Counted from the stretch's first letter, positions 49,201 to 62,370 are shown. The stretch: DNA of 64,000 nucleotides from Phoronis australis (GCA_002633005.1 NMRA01000285.1:1-64000); one strand, 5' to 3'. Translations and numbers: made by a program. The notes: generated by a model from the letters alone, not told the origin.

Positions 49201-52200
49201 ATTTGCCCTCCTCTGCAAATGCTTCGTAAGCCTATGCTAACGGGTCCGCACCGTTAAATGAAGTAGACGATCCTCTGGCTGCTATTGTCTCTCGTAAGTA
49301 TTACAGTGATCTCTGCAATTTATTTTAAATTAACATTTGACTTGTCTGCGTACTGGGTGATAATAATTGGGCATTAACTATTGGTTACATAAATACACAA
49401 ACTTGAGGTTAACGGAAACTCCTGCTGCAGTCAGTGCCACGTTAAGTATTCTATAAAAACAACTGTGAAGGCCCTGGTAATTGAGCTTCCCCATCATATC
49501 TGTATTTTTCCTCTCTGTCCCCTCTTGTTTCAGGACCGTGGAAAGGCAACAATTATTGGGGGAGCCACAAACCAATTCGACTCCACCAAACTACTCAACG
49601 TCCCTACCCTAGCGCCACCGCATCTACCCCCCCCCCCNCCCTTCGCTCCCCATGCCGTCATATTTGCACCGAATCTCCCAAATCCGCCATAGGTCGGGAG
49701 CAATCTAGGGATGCAGCCAACAGGAATTGGGTAATCGTGAACCAACAAAATTTCACGGAGAGTAAGAATGGGTCTAGGGCCAGCATTTTGACGGGTAGCT
49801 GCAGCTACATCGAGTACCTGTAGCTGAGATCTACTGACAGCCAGAAAATACGAAATTCGATGAACTAAAGCTAGTCGCTGGTCAGCTCAGCTATGATTCA
49901 CTTGAGACAGACAGCTAATTGCTCGAAAAAAATGCGAAAAGATACAATAGGATTGTCTGCCATCGAAAGGATGGAATTTTGAGGAACGTGAAGACCACTA
50001 TTTGTGAATTACACAAAAGGACTATTTCCGATGTTTAGTTATAAAATAATGTTACCGTTTCCCAAAATATCACAAGAATAGTATTTCTTTTGAAGATGGT
50101 TACTATGAGAGTTCTTTGTAAGGAATTCCCGCATGTGGAAGACACTGCTGTCTAGGCTACTATTTGTGATGACCGCATACATGTACATGTCGAAGGGGGG
50201 GGGGGTAACCAAAGAAATCTCGCAATCATAATCAAAGATTCCAGCGGGTTTTTTTTTGTCAGGGGAGTTCAAGTTTACCTCGTGAACTGTTATAGGTACC
50301 TCAGAAATGAACAAAAATACGTCTTAATACGAATGCCCCATCTCCCATGTTCCCTCGGTTACCCGTCAAAAATCTGTGAGCATGCATGCGAAAATTGCTT
50401 ATTACATTCCGTTTTGATAACCAAATTCGTTGGTGTCTGATTTACTTGTTTATGTATTTACAAAAATTGAAAGATGATCTTTGACAATTAGAAGCTAATC
50501 TTGTAAGAATTGATGATGTTTCAGTGAATTTAATTGCAGCCTGAAGTGGGGAAATCTCTATAATCCGATCCCCAAATAATAAACTACACTTAGACGATTT
50601 TTGCCTATATAAAATAACTCTCAAAGACAATGATGAAATTCGGACTCACAAACCGTGGATGAAAAAAAGTTTTAAAAGTCCTTAAATAAGTAAAATCAAA
50701 CTCATTCGTGGAAAGGTTGTCTTTGCACTTCCTTGATGGTTTTAGTTTCCAGTGGTATTGAGAATTGAATTTTAATTCTTCAAAACTGAGTTGTTTGGTT
50801 GTCCTGATTCCCATGCACGTCATGACTGACGCACCCACCTTCAAATTAAGATGTAACCATGCAGTAAGCCCGCGCAGAATCTCAGTGATCTACGGGAACT
50901 GAACTCCAGTCGTGGAAGTGTGTACATTTTTGGGACACACTGTATCATTTTCCCCAACCACCAGAAACTGGACTATCTCTCGTGTTTCAACGAGGGATTT
51001 TGAAACAGCCCAAAGGCACCATTTTTTTTTTTAATGTTTATTACGAAATCTTCAGAATACAATGAATATACATAACCCAGAAAGCGCCAAGAGGCATTAG
51101 ATCTGGGTAAAAAAATACATAGAAGTCTATATACAATGATTATATGCGAATACTTCGCCAAAGTACCCNCATCCCAGTAATTTTTGCCTTCCTACTGGCC
51201 TGCCTTGAATGCAGGGTTTTGAATGCATATCTTTCGAGCGACATATCTATCCATCAATCAAAACGGTGACGTGTGTAAAAATCTTTCAGTATGGTGTGCC
51301 CAGCTACTCCGTCAACACAAAAGAGGAGTTACTGGCCGCATTAGACAAACTGACACTTCCTGTAGTCATGAAGCCTGTTTGCGGAAGTGGCGCTGTTGGG
51401 TGCAAGGTTCTGTACAACAAGGCAGATTCAGTAGACTTCTTCGACGAACTGTCAAGAGGCATGGCTTGTGGCACGGCTACTTTTGAAAAGCTAGCATATT
51501 CTCAGTCGGTAAGCTTTGATGATTTCCAAAATTACTTGTCTAAACCCATTAGATTCAAGTAAGGCCATGGGTAAGCTTGTCATGAAAAGTTCGGTTAACC
51601 GCCAATACATGTACAGTACATACAAACAAAGCTGTTATCGCAATTGGTGGATACAGGTGGAAATAACAGATTTTTGTGAATCCTTGAAGTTAACAGGCTA
51701 TTATAAGCCCGTGTTCTATTAAAGAACTTTTATTTAACCTAATGATCATCATAAAACCTTTCAAAACCTTCTGTTTTGATTACTTATTCAATTTTAAATT
51801 GATTTTCTGGGCTTCAGAAAAACGTACACTGTAGTTCCTTATTACTTGATGCCATGTCCAGTAGCCCAAATGACAAGGCGGACCAAGCTCATGAGCTCGC
51901 TCGTTCGTGAGGTTAGAAATTTGAATAAGGAGCATGCTGAGATCAACGGTAAGCGTCCCAAATCTGAAGCTATTTTTCAAAAGAAGGCGAGTATTTTATA
52001 TAGCAGATTAACGCTAAGCTTTATACTTCATGAAAGGTTTTTCTTGCCAAGTTGTTAGGAGTAGCTGAAGGTAACTAGCGATTTTTAAGCTAATAGCAAA
52101 ACCATTCTTGTTATTATTAAGTGAATACCGAAAGGCGTAGCGACCATCCATAGCCGTGATCGGTCCCTTGGCTGACAATACTACACAAGGTTTTGTCGCT

Positions 52201-55200
52201 TGTTTGCTATTCTTGTGCATGGCAGTTCACATGCATTAACAGCGATCACTTTTTGATGAATTTAAACCAGTGTTCTTTTTTCTACGTCACTTACCAAGTC
52301 GGTTAATCGTTTGAAGTGTGTGTACCATACACATCACATAGACCGGGCGCTCGCCATTCAGATATATGAAGCTCGCGTTGTCAAGGTCACGCCATATTAT
52401 TGGAAAGTGTTACGCAGGATACAAATGGCGGAAAACACTGAGAGCATAAGTCAGGAAATCTGGGGGCTCGGAGTGTTGTGCCGGCAGCCAAAGTGTTGAG
52501 TTTTTTGGTCCTGCCACTGTTTTTTGGTTCGGCCATTGAGTTAAGTGGTGGTACGGTTTTTTAGGCTCTGCCAACATAGCTGAAGTGTTGGTGATTGATA
52601 CCATAATTATCAAAAAACAATCATTGACCAGCATGTGCTGATATCTAATGATGATGCTGTTCGTTTATTGTACTTAAGTAAATATTTGTGTGCTTTACTG
52701 GTACTGAAAAAATAACATCTGCATGCCTGAACTTACCCGCCAGCCATCCAAGTCAGTACATCTATGTGAATAACCTACTTTTTATTGAAGTATATACTGC
52801 TTTAAAAACTCATTTCTTAAGATGTCTATGGTGTAAATTTTGGGGCACCCTACACATGCATGTTTGTGGGGGAATCCCTGAAATCACTTTCTTGAGGAAG
52901 TCACCAGAATGACAAAGTCCACACCATTGCATCAATACGAGCATCGTCATTTCCTGCTGAATATACCGGGATCCAGGATGTTTTTGGGCATGGAAAGCTA
53001 CTAGTAACCAATTTTCTTTGATACTACAGCGGTCCATGGGTATTCCACCGGAGCAAACCTGTCCGAAGGTAGTTTCCTAGCATTGGATACACATGGATCA
53101 CTGTTTCACATGGGAAATTGGTTACTTTTTCGTGCCCAGAAAACCTGGGATCCCTGTCTGTAAGTCACGTACGGCCATTAACAGAAGAAAATGATTCAAT
53201 TTCTAAACTCTATTTATAAGAATTCATCAAGATTCATACAATTTGTTGATCCGTTTGGCATGGGTGTGTTCTGAAGACTTGACGTTATGCGTACGTGGTC
53301 CACTGTGTGGCACCGGATCCGACAAACGTCAACAAATCCGACAGATTTTGGCAAACTGGAAATGACTGGAACCACGTCGGTCAAACTAGATAAATACATA
53401 TAGAGAACAGGAGGAATGGAATGCCAACTCCCGCGCGTGAGTCATTCATTCTCTGTGTTAGAGCCTGAAACCCCGATATTTCACGGAACTGGCCGTAAGA
53501 GTAATTGCATTGCGAATTTCCGGCTGACCACTCGACTGGGTGCCAAATTTCATTGCTTCATTTTCATTTCGACTTTTTTGTTCATAATAGAATCATCAAG
53601 CGAGACCGTAGTACCGTTCTATACAACCAACGTTTCCCGTCATCCCGCAACATCATCAATATGTCTCTCTTTCTCACCGACGGCGTAACTGGCAAATTAT
53701 CATACTTTAATTTTGATTTCTAGAAAGAAAAACGAGATGTTTCATGGGTTTTGCGGCGTCCGAAATTTCCCTTTCAAATACAAAATGAAATCGAAAAGCT
53801 CCGTCGAACGCTTTTGGGTGTGAGACAATCTCAATTTCCCATTCAACAAAAAGGCATAGACTCAGATGTCCCTCCTTTCAATACAGTTGTGCCGTTTTTT
53901 CATTCTCAAATGTTGACAACTGTGCAACAAGTCCCAAATAACATTGTCTACTTGTGAGGAATGTTGATCTCTTTCGGAGTCCACTTTCTTTAGTAACATA
54001 ACAATCATAAAATGTGCTCCAATGTGTCATGATTGTCATAACACACTCTACATGTTTTGATATCACTAATTTTTACTTTTTGAAGAAATGAGTATGTTGC
54101 TTAATGTCCATGTTAAGTACTTAACTGCGTGCAATGTAATGAGCTATCCACAGAATATTTTAAAGCTACACTTTAGATGTATCCCCATTTTTATTAATCA
54201 GAAAATCCGGCCTTATCCGAAAATTTCTCATAGGTAGTTAGAGCAATCAATTTACCACATCATGTCATTGTATCCTGAATTTTTACTGAAGAATGTGGTT
54301 GTAGCAAACGGCACCAAAGATCCAATTATTTTTTTAAGATGAAGGATTTTGGATGAATACCTGACTGTAAAATAATCACAGCAGCTGTGAGGGATCAATG
54401 TCTAAAATCTTTATCTTTATCCGGTAGCAATCTTTTGAATCATTGAGATCATTTCACTGTTGCTTTGATTAGTTATTTTTATAATGTCTGCCTCTGTTGT
54501 TTATTTTTTATGTAAGTTTTACACCCTTAATTAATTGACATCACAAGTGAATTAAATTATCCTCCGTTTGACAATGTTTTGGCCATTAGACCGCAAAATA
54601 TTCCAAAAATATAGATGAAATTTGTTCAGAAGAAGTTTTCGGTTATAACACTCCTCGGAAATAAAGAACATCGGAATCGTTATAATATATGGTACCCCAT
54701 TTCTCACTGTCACGTTCACGGATATGAAATTGGTGAAAACGAGCACTTTTGTCATAAGGTGAGTGACTTTTGCAGATGTAGACGCGGATATGAATCATGG
54801 TGGAGCAATGCATCGCTAAGTTAAAGTGATTTTCTCTATGCTAGGTGATTGTCATGGAATTCCTGCAAGGTATCAAATTTGAAATCGAATTGGTGATGTG
54901 GAAGGGAAGGCTTGTCGGCAGTTCGATTGGACAGAGAGGCCCCGCCCCGCTTCCATACTTCTGGGGTACTTCTTTCATGATGCCAGGTGGTGATTCGGAC
55001 AAGGAGCGTACAGAGCTAACGGAAGCTGCGTATCAGTGCTCCTTAGCCGTGGGTCTCCGTCAAGGGGTCTTCAACGTCGAATTTATCCGCAAAAACGGTG
55101 ACGCAACACCCAAGTTAATTGAAATCAATGCTCGCCCTGGCTGTAGAGCTGTGAATGACGTGGTAAAGGCTGTGTATGGCTACGATAATCGGGTTGTGCA

Positions 55201-55543
55201 CGCACTGATTTGCTGCGGAGTTGAACTTGATCCTGACCAAGTGACATTTGGCCCCAGAACGTACGCAGTACGGTATTACTTAGACGGACACAGAAACAGA
55301 GAGGCAATGAACACTGCTTATGGTCATATGTTATCGAATGCTAAAGAATACGATGTCAAGATGCTAAACATTGCACAGAAAACTATGGCTGAAATAATGT
55401 ACGAAAAATCCAACATCTTATGTCCTGTTCTAGCCGTGATGACGACAGACGACTCCAGAGCCACAGCGATCACAAAACTGTGTCGGTTTCTCGTTGACTC
55501 TAAATTTTTTGGCCATATGGAGGAAGCCCTGTCGCAGTTTTGA
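45933..55543 (+). CDS. ATP-grasp amino-acid/peptide ligase, carnosine synthase (CARNS1 C-terminal domain)-like; 5' end unresolved
   Basis: Exons 45933 (or 45947)-46251, 47018-47176, 51290-51508 and 54845-55543 join in phase 0 to give about 460 aa. Motifs: LCEELGIPGNS, LPVVMKPVCGSGAVGC, VIVMEFLQG, GLRQGVFNVEF, PKLIEINARPG. Confidence 0.88.
47018..47176 (+). CDS. ATP-grasp gene exon (not in the ORF track)
   Basis: VNAGCFFGDFSAVVGAYLCEELGIPGNSYESTKVAYLKDATQQYVLRSPQAAK; acag acceptor, gtgaga donor; 53 codons. Confidence 0.85.
47499..48681 (+). mobile_element. Kolobok-type DNA transposon with a THAP-domain start, spanning the assembly gap
   Basis: TTAA at 47495-47498 and 48682-48685; TIR AAGGGGACTGTA / TACAGTTCCCTT (11 of 12 match); ATG 47793 gives MPFCMAPGCSNSSKK...AYHR, a THAP N-terminal pattern. 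Confidence 0.75.
47894..48412. other. Assembly gap (N run)
   Basis: Continuous Ns. Confidence 0.99.
51290..51508 (+). CDS. ATP-grasp gene exon (lid domain, ATP-binding Lys and Gly loop)
   Basis: YGVPSYSVNTKEELLAALDKLTLPVVMKPVCGSGAVGCKVL; tttcag and gtaagc boundaries. Confidence 0.9.
54845..55543 (+). CDS. ATP-grasp gene terminal exon
   Basis: VIVMEFLQG...GVFNVEFIRKNGDATPKLIEINARPG...; TGA ending at 55543. Confidence 0.92.
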   Translation: MIVMEFLQGIKFEIELVMWKGRLVGSSIGQRGPAPLPYFWGTSFMMPGGDSDKERTELTEAAYQCSLAVGLRQGVFNVEFIRKNGDATPKLIEINARPGCRAVNDVVKAVYGYDNRVVHALICCGVELDPDQVTFGPRTYAVRYYLDGHRNREAMNTAYGHMLSNAKEYDVKMLNIAQKTMAEIMYEKSNILCPVLAVMTTDDSRATAITKLCRFLVDSKFFGHMEEALSQF

Positions 55544-56149
55544 ACGTGCAGTTTTGACGTTTCATGTCTTTGTACTTGCTAACACATTACAAGTTGGTAC
55601 AAGCCCAGCGTAGCGGTGGTGGGTCAATAGTCATCTCTGTGTGTGCATACATGTACGTGTGTATCATGTATATATTTATGTATTAAAACGTATATGTCGA
55701 GGTATAACATTATATAACATTATATGCACAATACAAATTGCTATAGCTGCTTCTAAAAAGCAATCTCTTTGTGTTTTTGTCTTTGCAATCTCATTACGAG
55801 TTCAAAAAATGGTTCCTGACATACGAATGAATTGTTTTTAATTCATTCTTGTTCTTTAGTTATTTAATTTATGAGATTAGACTCTACAGTGCCCTCTTCT
55901 CGGTATTTTTGTAGTGATTTTAGGGGGGGGTTGTTTTTTTAGTTCAAGTAGTAATTGTTTTCTGTAACTTACCTTAGAATACGACTTAGATAAAGCAATA
56001 AGAAGCAATTATTTCTTCTCTAGTATATTTTTGCTGTGTTTGATTTTCTGTTTTATTTTCCTTTTTATTTTAATTCTGAAGTACTTTTCTACTGTAGCCT
56101 GTAGTCAGCTTTGTGGTATTGTAATTTATGGTGAAATGACGCAATAAAG

Positions 56150-56405
56150 AATCTATCTACCTATCTATATATGTGTCTGAGCGCGCATGCGCGCGCGCGT
56201 GTGTGTGTGCGCGTGTGTTTGTCGCGTGTATGTCTGTGGGTGTGCTTGTGTGCGTGTGTGTACGGTATGTAAACAAAATTTGGTAAACACACAATGTTCA
56301 TACTAGAGGCTGCTGCCAAATGACCATGGTATGTATGTAAGTTTGCATGTAGGCATGCATGTATGTTTGTATGTATGTATGTATGTGTGTGTATGTATGT
56401 ACATA
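56150..56405. repeat. Compound microsatellite (CG)n, (TG)n, (TATG)n
   Basis: GCGCGCATGCGCGCGCGCGTGTGTGTGTGCGCGTGTGT and TATGTATGTATG runs. Confidence 0.88.
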
Positions 56406-56910
56406 TGTTTGTCAGAATTATTTTACTTAACCATCAGCTAGAATTTGAGAGTTAAGCTAGTAAAACGTACTTCGTTAGGAAACAATACATTGGAGACGAT
56501 CTCGTAGAAGATTCGAATACACCGGTATAAAGAAGCTTGCAAGGGCAAAGGTAACAGGCCGGAAATTCGTTGAGTCAAAGTTCGCAAATTTTGTATCGTG
56601 GGTAGTGACATACTACTAATACATTTTGCGGCACAAAGGTTTGTGGCCAGCAAGAAGGAATTGTGATTATGGGGATACGACTGACTGGTATTGCATCACG
56701 AAGCACTTGATCCATCAAAGTTCTTCATAGGTAGCGAGGTACACTCGTGATGCGTCACAAAGGACTGCGAGGCAACAGGGTCGAGTTCAACAACTGAATC
56801 CTAGGTCTTCACTAGAAGACGTCGCAAGAGTACGCGAGATTACGCGAGATATTGCCTTGTATTAAGCGAGAACACGTGATTTTGGCTAGAGTTTTTTCTA
56901 ACCTCAAGAC

Positions 56911-57200
56911 CAGGGGCGGATCCAGGATTTTGAGTTAGGGGGGCAAGGCACAGGAATAACCTGAATTTCGGCATATGTGCGCGCCCAGCCTAAAATGTGG
57001 GGATATAGGGGTCTCGAATTTTTTAGTTTGCGTACCTGTTCACTAAAAAAGGTAAAACGGGGCCTATGAATTGTTTATTAACCCCCCGAGCACCCCTGGT
57101 TGCGCGCAGATGTGCTAGTCAGCAATGCGCACCCAAACTCCCAAATGGTATCTAGTAGAACTTTAAGCCCCCTTGCCCCCCCCCCTTAAATCCGCCACTG
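56911..57200. mobile_element. Short TIR MITE (CAGGGGCGGAT...ATCCGCCACTG), unclassified
   Basis: Inverted termini plus inner GGGGGGGCAAGG / CCTTGCCCCCCC. Confidence 0.7.
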
Positions 57201-57764
57201 ACGACAGCTACTGAACTCTCCCTGATCTCGGTCGTGTTACTTAGGTCTTATCGCATAACAAATTTGTAACAGGATTTTATCATACTTTTCCATCAACACT
57301 ACAAAGCACAACTACTTTTTAAACAAAGCCAATTAATCTAATTCTGCTGACAGTTTGGGAGAGTGAAAATTAAGGTTTGATTGCGTTGAACTTGTTTAGT
57401 TCTAGTAATTTGTGTTTGAATATACCGGGTCTTCTAGTAAATTTCATTCTGAACCCTTTTCTCCAAAATGGATTTTAAAAGCGTGTCGTGGCGGAAATTC
57501 GATATTGATGACTTCTGGGCCTGATCTGAAACGTTTGCCTGCACTGAGTCACAAGCAGAATAACACCCAGTGGGATGTTTTTCCCCTGCTGACAAGCAAA
57601 AGACTTGGACGGTGTTAAAAGTTATGCCGTCCTATCAGATCAACAACTATGATCAACTATACATGTAGGTGGCGCTGAAGGTCAGAACCGACGGAAGATG
57701 GGCTGAGGTCGATAGTGTTCAGAGACCCCATGTCCGAAAACGAGAGATTGCGTTCCAGTTCGGT

Positions 57765-58349
57765 TTAAGACTGAAGCGATTCTTTCACCGACGGGCACAA
57801 CTGGTGGAGCCTGATGCAACGCACCTGTATAATGTACTCCGACACTTGCTGTTTCGATAGAAGTTTCTGGACGCCGTATGTCATCCTGAGAGTTCCTTGT
57901 TTATGAGGGGGCGGAAACCATGAAGACCGTTGACGAGGTGCCAGACATTGCTCAACAGTACGGGCAAGGCACATGCTCATTGTACTAGTAATGGTGTTGG
58001 AGTAAAACAAAACAGGCTCGGGGGGGACTTTACTCTTTTATTTGTCAGTAGAATTATAAGTGGTAGTAGCTAAACTGAAATATAACAAAAAACCTATGTT
58101 CAAGTTTACACGTTGCATAATGCTTTACCATGTATATAACAAATCAAATTCTTCGGACAACGCTCAAGGTAATGACGACGGGCAAAGGGCACAAATTAAA
58201 AGCAAGCGTTAAAAACGTTAAATACACGTCTGACAAAACATAGAAAACTAACGAAAGCAAATGAACTACTTTATATCAGGAAACACGAGTACTTACGCCG
58301 ATATCGCCCCAAGTCCAACCAAAATTACGTTGAATAACGGTATGTACAT
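57765..58349 (-). pseudogene. Probable two-exon secreted-protein pseudogene
   Basis: Exon 58297-58349 encodes signal-peptide-like MYIPLFNVILVGLGAIS with a gtaagt donor. Splicing to the tttcag acceptor (exon start 58074) gives ALATTTYNSTDK, then TAA at 58038-58040; the same frame continues into ORF 57765..58010. Confidence 0.4.
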
Positions 58350-59109
58350 TGACGTTTCTCCACCATAAACGTTTGTGGAATGACATTCGAAAAAGGCGGC
58401 ACGACAATAAAGAGTCAGAGAAAGCGACATCTGGCGCAAGGACTACACAGTAACAAGTCTAATTACAAGGCGGGAAGCAAGCCCATTCGTACGCGTAAGT
58501 TAGATAAACAACATGACAGTCTGCGGTAACAAATGGGTTTGGCAACACAGTGGAACGAAGGACAGAGGCTCCTCTTTCATTGATGACCAGGTCTTAACAG
58601 GGAGATTTTTTAGTTGTTGCAGGAAATGTCATCAAGTCGAGGACAGCAAGGTGAAAGGAACCCAGTACAAAACGTGTGCTGGAGCTAGTGCGCAGTCGTC
58701 TGTCTCGCTGCGAAAACGAGCTAAGAAGCCGGAGATGCAAATAATGCGAGACTATATCACACATTAAATACTAATTAACCTATGGCTACATCAGGCCTGT
58801 GGTCGCGATGGGTAATCCATTAGAGCAGCTTTTAGGTAGGGTACCGCACAAGTCAGTTGATAAGGCATCAACACGTCGTAGAGATAGAAGCCTGTGATCA
58901 GCACAGATAGCCACCTGTTGACGACAATATCCCCGTTTGCAATGATACGCACGATGCGTTACACCGGCTGTAGCCCCCAGCGCGGTGAAAACTTCTCTAT
59001 TAAGTCAGCTGACAGGGAAGCAATACATCTAAGTGTACGAATAGATGGAACAGTACGATCTTTTTGCGGAGCTAAGATTGAGGTCGAGAATTCGTACTTC
59101 ATAGATTAA

Positions 59110-59554
59110 AGGAGAATGCCACCCGGTTTAATTAGTCTTTTTTACCGTCTTAATCGGTCTATATCCACATCGCCTCTTATACGGTCGACCTCACCTTGCC
59201 GAGAGGTGTCGCGTTAACCTGTGAGGAAGTTGAGAAACGGCGCAGCGACGTCATCGGTTCGTCTGTAGAGTGAGTGCCGCTATATCGCGGTGCATCGTTC
59301 CCGCTTGTCCGAATTAGTGAAACTGCGAAGAAAGCGGGTATATCGTTTTTTCGACCTCTTCGATAAGCTGACACCAGTAACCCGTGTTTTGAACTGCTGA
59401 ACAGACTGCGTGTGTAACAAATGACGTCATTGGATAATTTCAACACCTCCGTCTGCCGTCAGGTGTCAGGAAACGCAACCGAACGTGCCGTTATCGAATA
59501 GAATTACTCGATCTAAAGTGATACAAAATAAATTGTTTTGGGTGGCATTCTACT
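59110..59554. mobile_element. Non-autonomous TTAA-flanked DNA transposon (Kolobok-like)
   Basis: TTAA|AGGAGAATGCCACCC ... GGGTGGCATTCTACT|TTAA; 14 of 15 TIR match. Confidence 0.78.
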
Positions 59555-60439
59555 TTAAGCCAATTTACAATATATCATCCTGGGGAAGGTTGTTTCTGTC
59601 AGCAGGGCAAACGGCCTGGCTCCTGTGGCCGGTTGCATGAAACAGTACCAAATTATGACTCAACTAAGTCTTTTTGCGCATTTGTGTCTTTATGGACTCA
59701 AAGATGCAATATTTTTCTATCATTTCATCTTTATTATGAGCTTCACTTTGATTGATGATATTTTCTTATAATACAACTAAAAACTGAGCCCAGAGTTCAT
59801 TGAAAATAAGTAGGTACTCAGTCCTTAAATTGGGAGTGTTGCATGAAAAGATCCCTAATTACTTTCGATAATATTGACAATTCAACGTAGAGTTCACTTT
59901 TGACTTGTATCAAATCCAAAAATTCACTCAGTAATAAAATTAAAACAATACAAGAAAGGGTAATCGACGTTTTCCAAGTCCAAAAATACGCGATAGTTTT
60001 AGGGAACTTAACAGAGTCCCTATTTGGGACTGTTTCATGCAACCGGGCACTGGTGGTTTCTTGTCCTAAAAAGTTCCCAAGGTTTGGCTACCACGTTTTC
60101 GAGAAATTTGACCTAAAAATTTTACATTTTATAAAATTTGGCAGAGAGAACCTTTTTTTTAAAAACCAACAAAACCGAGCAAAAATAAAATGATAATTTG
60201 ATTTGATTTCTACATTTGAAATTATTAAACAATAAATAAAATGATAAATATTATAAAATTAGTTGGAAAAGGGTGTTCAACAGCACCCCTGTTGGCCAAA
60301 AACACACTATTGTATTCTGAGTCCATATCAAAAGAACAATATTTTTAACCATTTGGAACTTGATAAAGATTTGACATCTAAATCAAAATATGGACAACTT
60401 AACATTTCCGATGCTTCTTCGTTGAATTAACCACCATCA

Positions 60440-60610
60440 CTTTTATTATGATATTGCCCAAAACCATCAGGTAGGCTGAAGCATGATGAGCGTGCAATAA
60501 CAAATGCGTGTCAGCCTCTCCATGATCAAATGTAATTTTAGGAACACTCTGAACATCGACCTCTCGACTATCGCTTACGTGGATGACACGGACGTCTGTG
60601 GGTGACATAA
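60440..60610 (-). mobile_element. Transposon-protein remnant with an XPG/PIN-like HxEADT motif (Academ-like)
   Basis: DHGEADTHLLLHAHHA resembles the HEEADTRLLLHA motif of XPG-like domains in invertebrate transposon proteins; short and isolated. Confidence 0.5.
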
Positions 60611-61789
60611 ATATACCTTTGCACCCAATTGTTTCAGCATTGACACTTACTGTACACTTTGCTTATACAATAAGTTTTCGTCATAAGACAAAAAAGTCTT
60701 GAGATTTGAATTTCCTGTTCAGGCTGGGTAATTTTTTTTTTTGTCAAATTTCTTGGCAAAAGTAAACCTTGAGAAAAATGAACATCACAACCACCACTGC
60801 ACAACTGTCATCAAACAACACATGGTAAACTTTTGAGCACCTTCGAACACTTTAGTTCAGTCTTTGAAAGATAGAAGAATGTCATAATGGCAATGGTTTT
60901 TGTGTGAAGTCGAAAAACGTTTATCGCAGCACAAGAGATTATTTTGACGCCTTCTGTTTTAGAGAGTGCGTATCTGAAAGAATAAAAAAATTTGCAGCCT
61001 GCGCCAAAAATTCTTCAGTTCGGATTGTCTCCAAAATTTGGGACAACGGAATATGAGCTAATGGTGGAATTTTTTTGATTGAGCTCGGACGATTTTTGCC
61101 TTTTTTATATGTCTCAAATTCCAAACACTACACTACACTTTTTCGTAACATGGTATGAAAATAGGTTTGGAAGTTCCTAAAAAGCAGTACACGTGAGCAA
61201 AAACTGCCGCCAGTACCTCTGCGTTTGAGACAGCCAGTTGAGCGCAAATTTCCAAAATTAGGGACAAGCTCGGACCAATAGCAAAAAAGGTACTTTTTTC
61301 TATATTCAAAACCAGAGATTTTCAACCGTAATTCTTAGCTTTTTCCTCTGGGGTACTGTACTTATCAGTCTATTTTTCAATTCATCTTCCCAGCAATGTC
61401 ACAGCGGGCACAACCTCCTGCTTGGTTTGAAAAGCACAAAATGATTCAGGAAGCAGGAATCTTAGAAATGGCATGGACGTAATACTGTCCTGTCGTTCTG
61501 ATTATACTACACTGGAACTTAGTAGCTAGCAAAATATCTGAGGCTTCTTTTTCCAACATTTAAACTAAGATTTTTACTAAGTGTGCAAGTGTGTTCTTTG
61601 GAACTTTCCTGAAAATGACTTTTGAACATTCAGAGAAGGATTTGGTCCAAACTTCCCGTTGCCCACTGAAGTATTCAGGGACGTGAAAGATAGGAGAGTT
61701 GAGACTATGGCCAACTTGACAAGGAAGAACAAGGAACCCATTAAGCCATTGATGGTTACTCCATCTGGCGTGAAAGGTCTAGAGGTCAA

Positions 61790-62370
61790 CGTAGGATGAA
61801 ACGAGCAGCAGCGTGATATTTCCTTGCATAAGGTAATGAAGACTGCTGTGAAAGATGAGCCAGAACACGTGATAGAGATAAATATCAGTACAAGAAGCAA
61901 AAGGTTACTCCGTAACGAGTGTATGCTGGTCACACCTAAAAGCTGCGCCAGATTTCTGACCCTGGCGCTCACTGACGAGTCAATAGCCAATGGTCATCTT
62001 GGCGACAAGGCAGCCAGAAACTTTTATTGACCAGGAGTTGTCAGTGTTTTTGATGATATTCTGTAGATCATTTGGTATCTGTCAGTGAACAGTTCTAAAG
62101 GATATGATCTCTAGTGTGCTTTTGGGTAAGGTGGGCCTCATGAAAGAACAGTTTCAGCGTTTCGCTTTTAATGTGATAGGCCCTGTATCATCAATCAAAA
62201 ACACAGACAACCGATACATCATCATCATCGACTGTGCCACAAGGCACATGTTCCCAGAGGCAGTACCTCTACCCAGGAAAGAAGCAGAAAGAGCTGCAAG
62301 CGCACTTTTTACAATTTTTGCACCTTTTTGGCTTTTATATGAGATATGTTGTGGGACTCAGTTTACCTAA
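61790..62370 (+). mobile_element. Degenerate Gypsy-type LTR retrotransposon integrase fragment
   Basis: GHLG...NFY then FQRFAFNVIGP...NRYIIIIDCATR..PEAVPL..EAERAASALFTIF, with stops and frameshifts. Confidence 0.8.

Noticed and set aside
54845-55543. Bacterial contamination or recent horizontal transfer of the ATP-grasp ORF
   Set aside because: It joins three upstream exons through spliceosomal introns containing host-type repeats; ancient origin cannot be judged without a phylogeny.
57765-58010. Faint resemblance to Spaetzle or cystine-knot ligands
   Set aside because: Too few cysteines and no convincing spacing.
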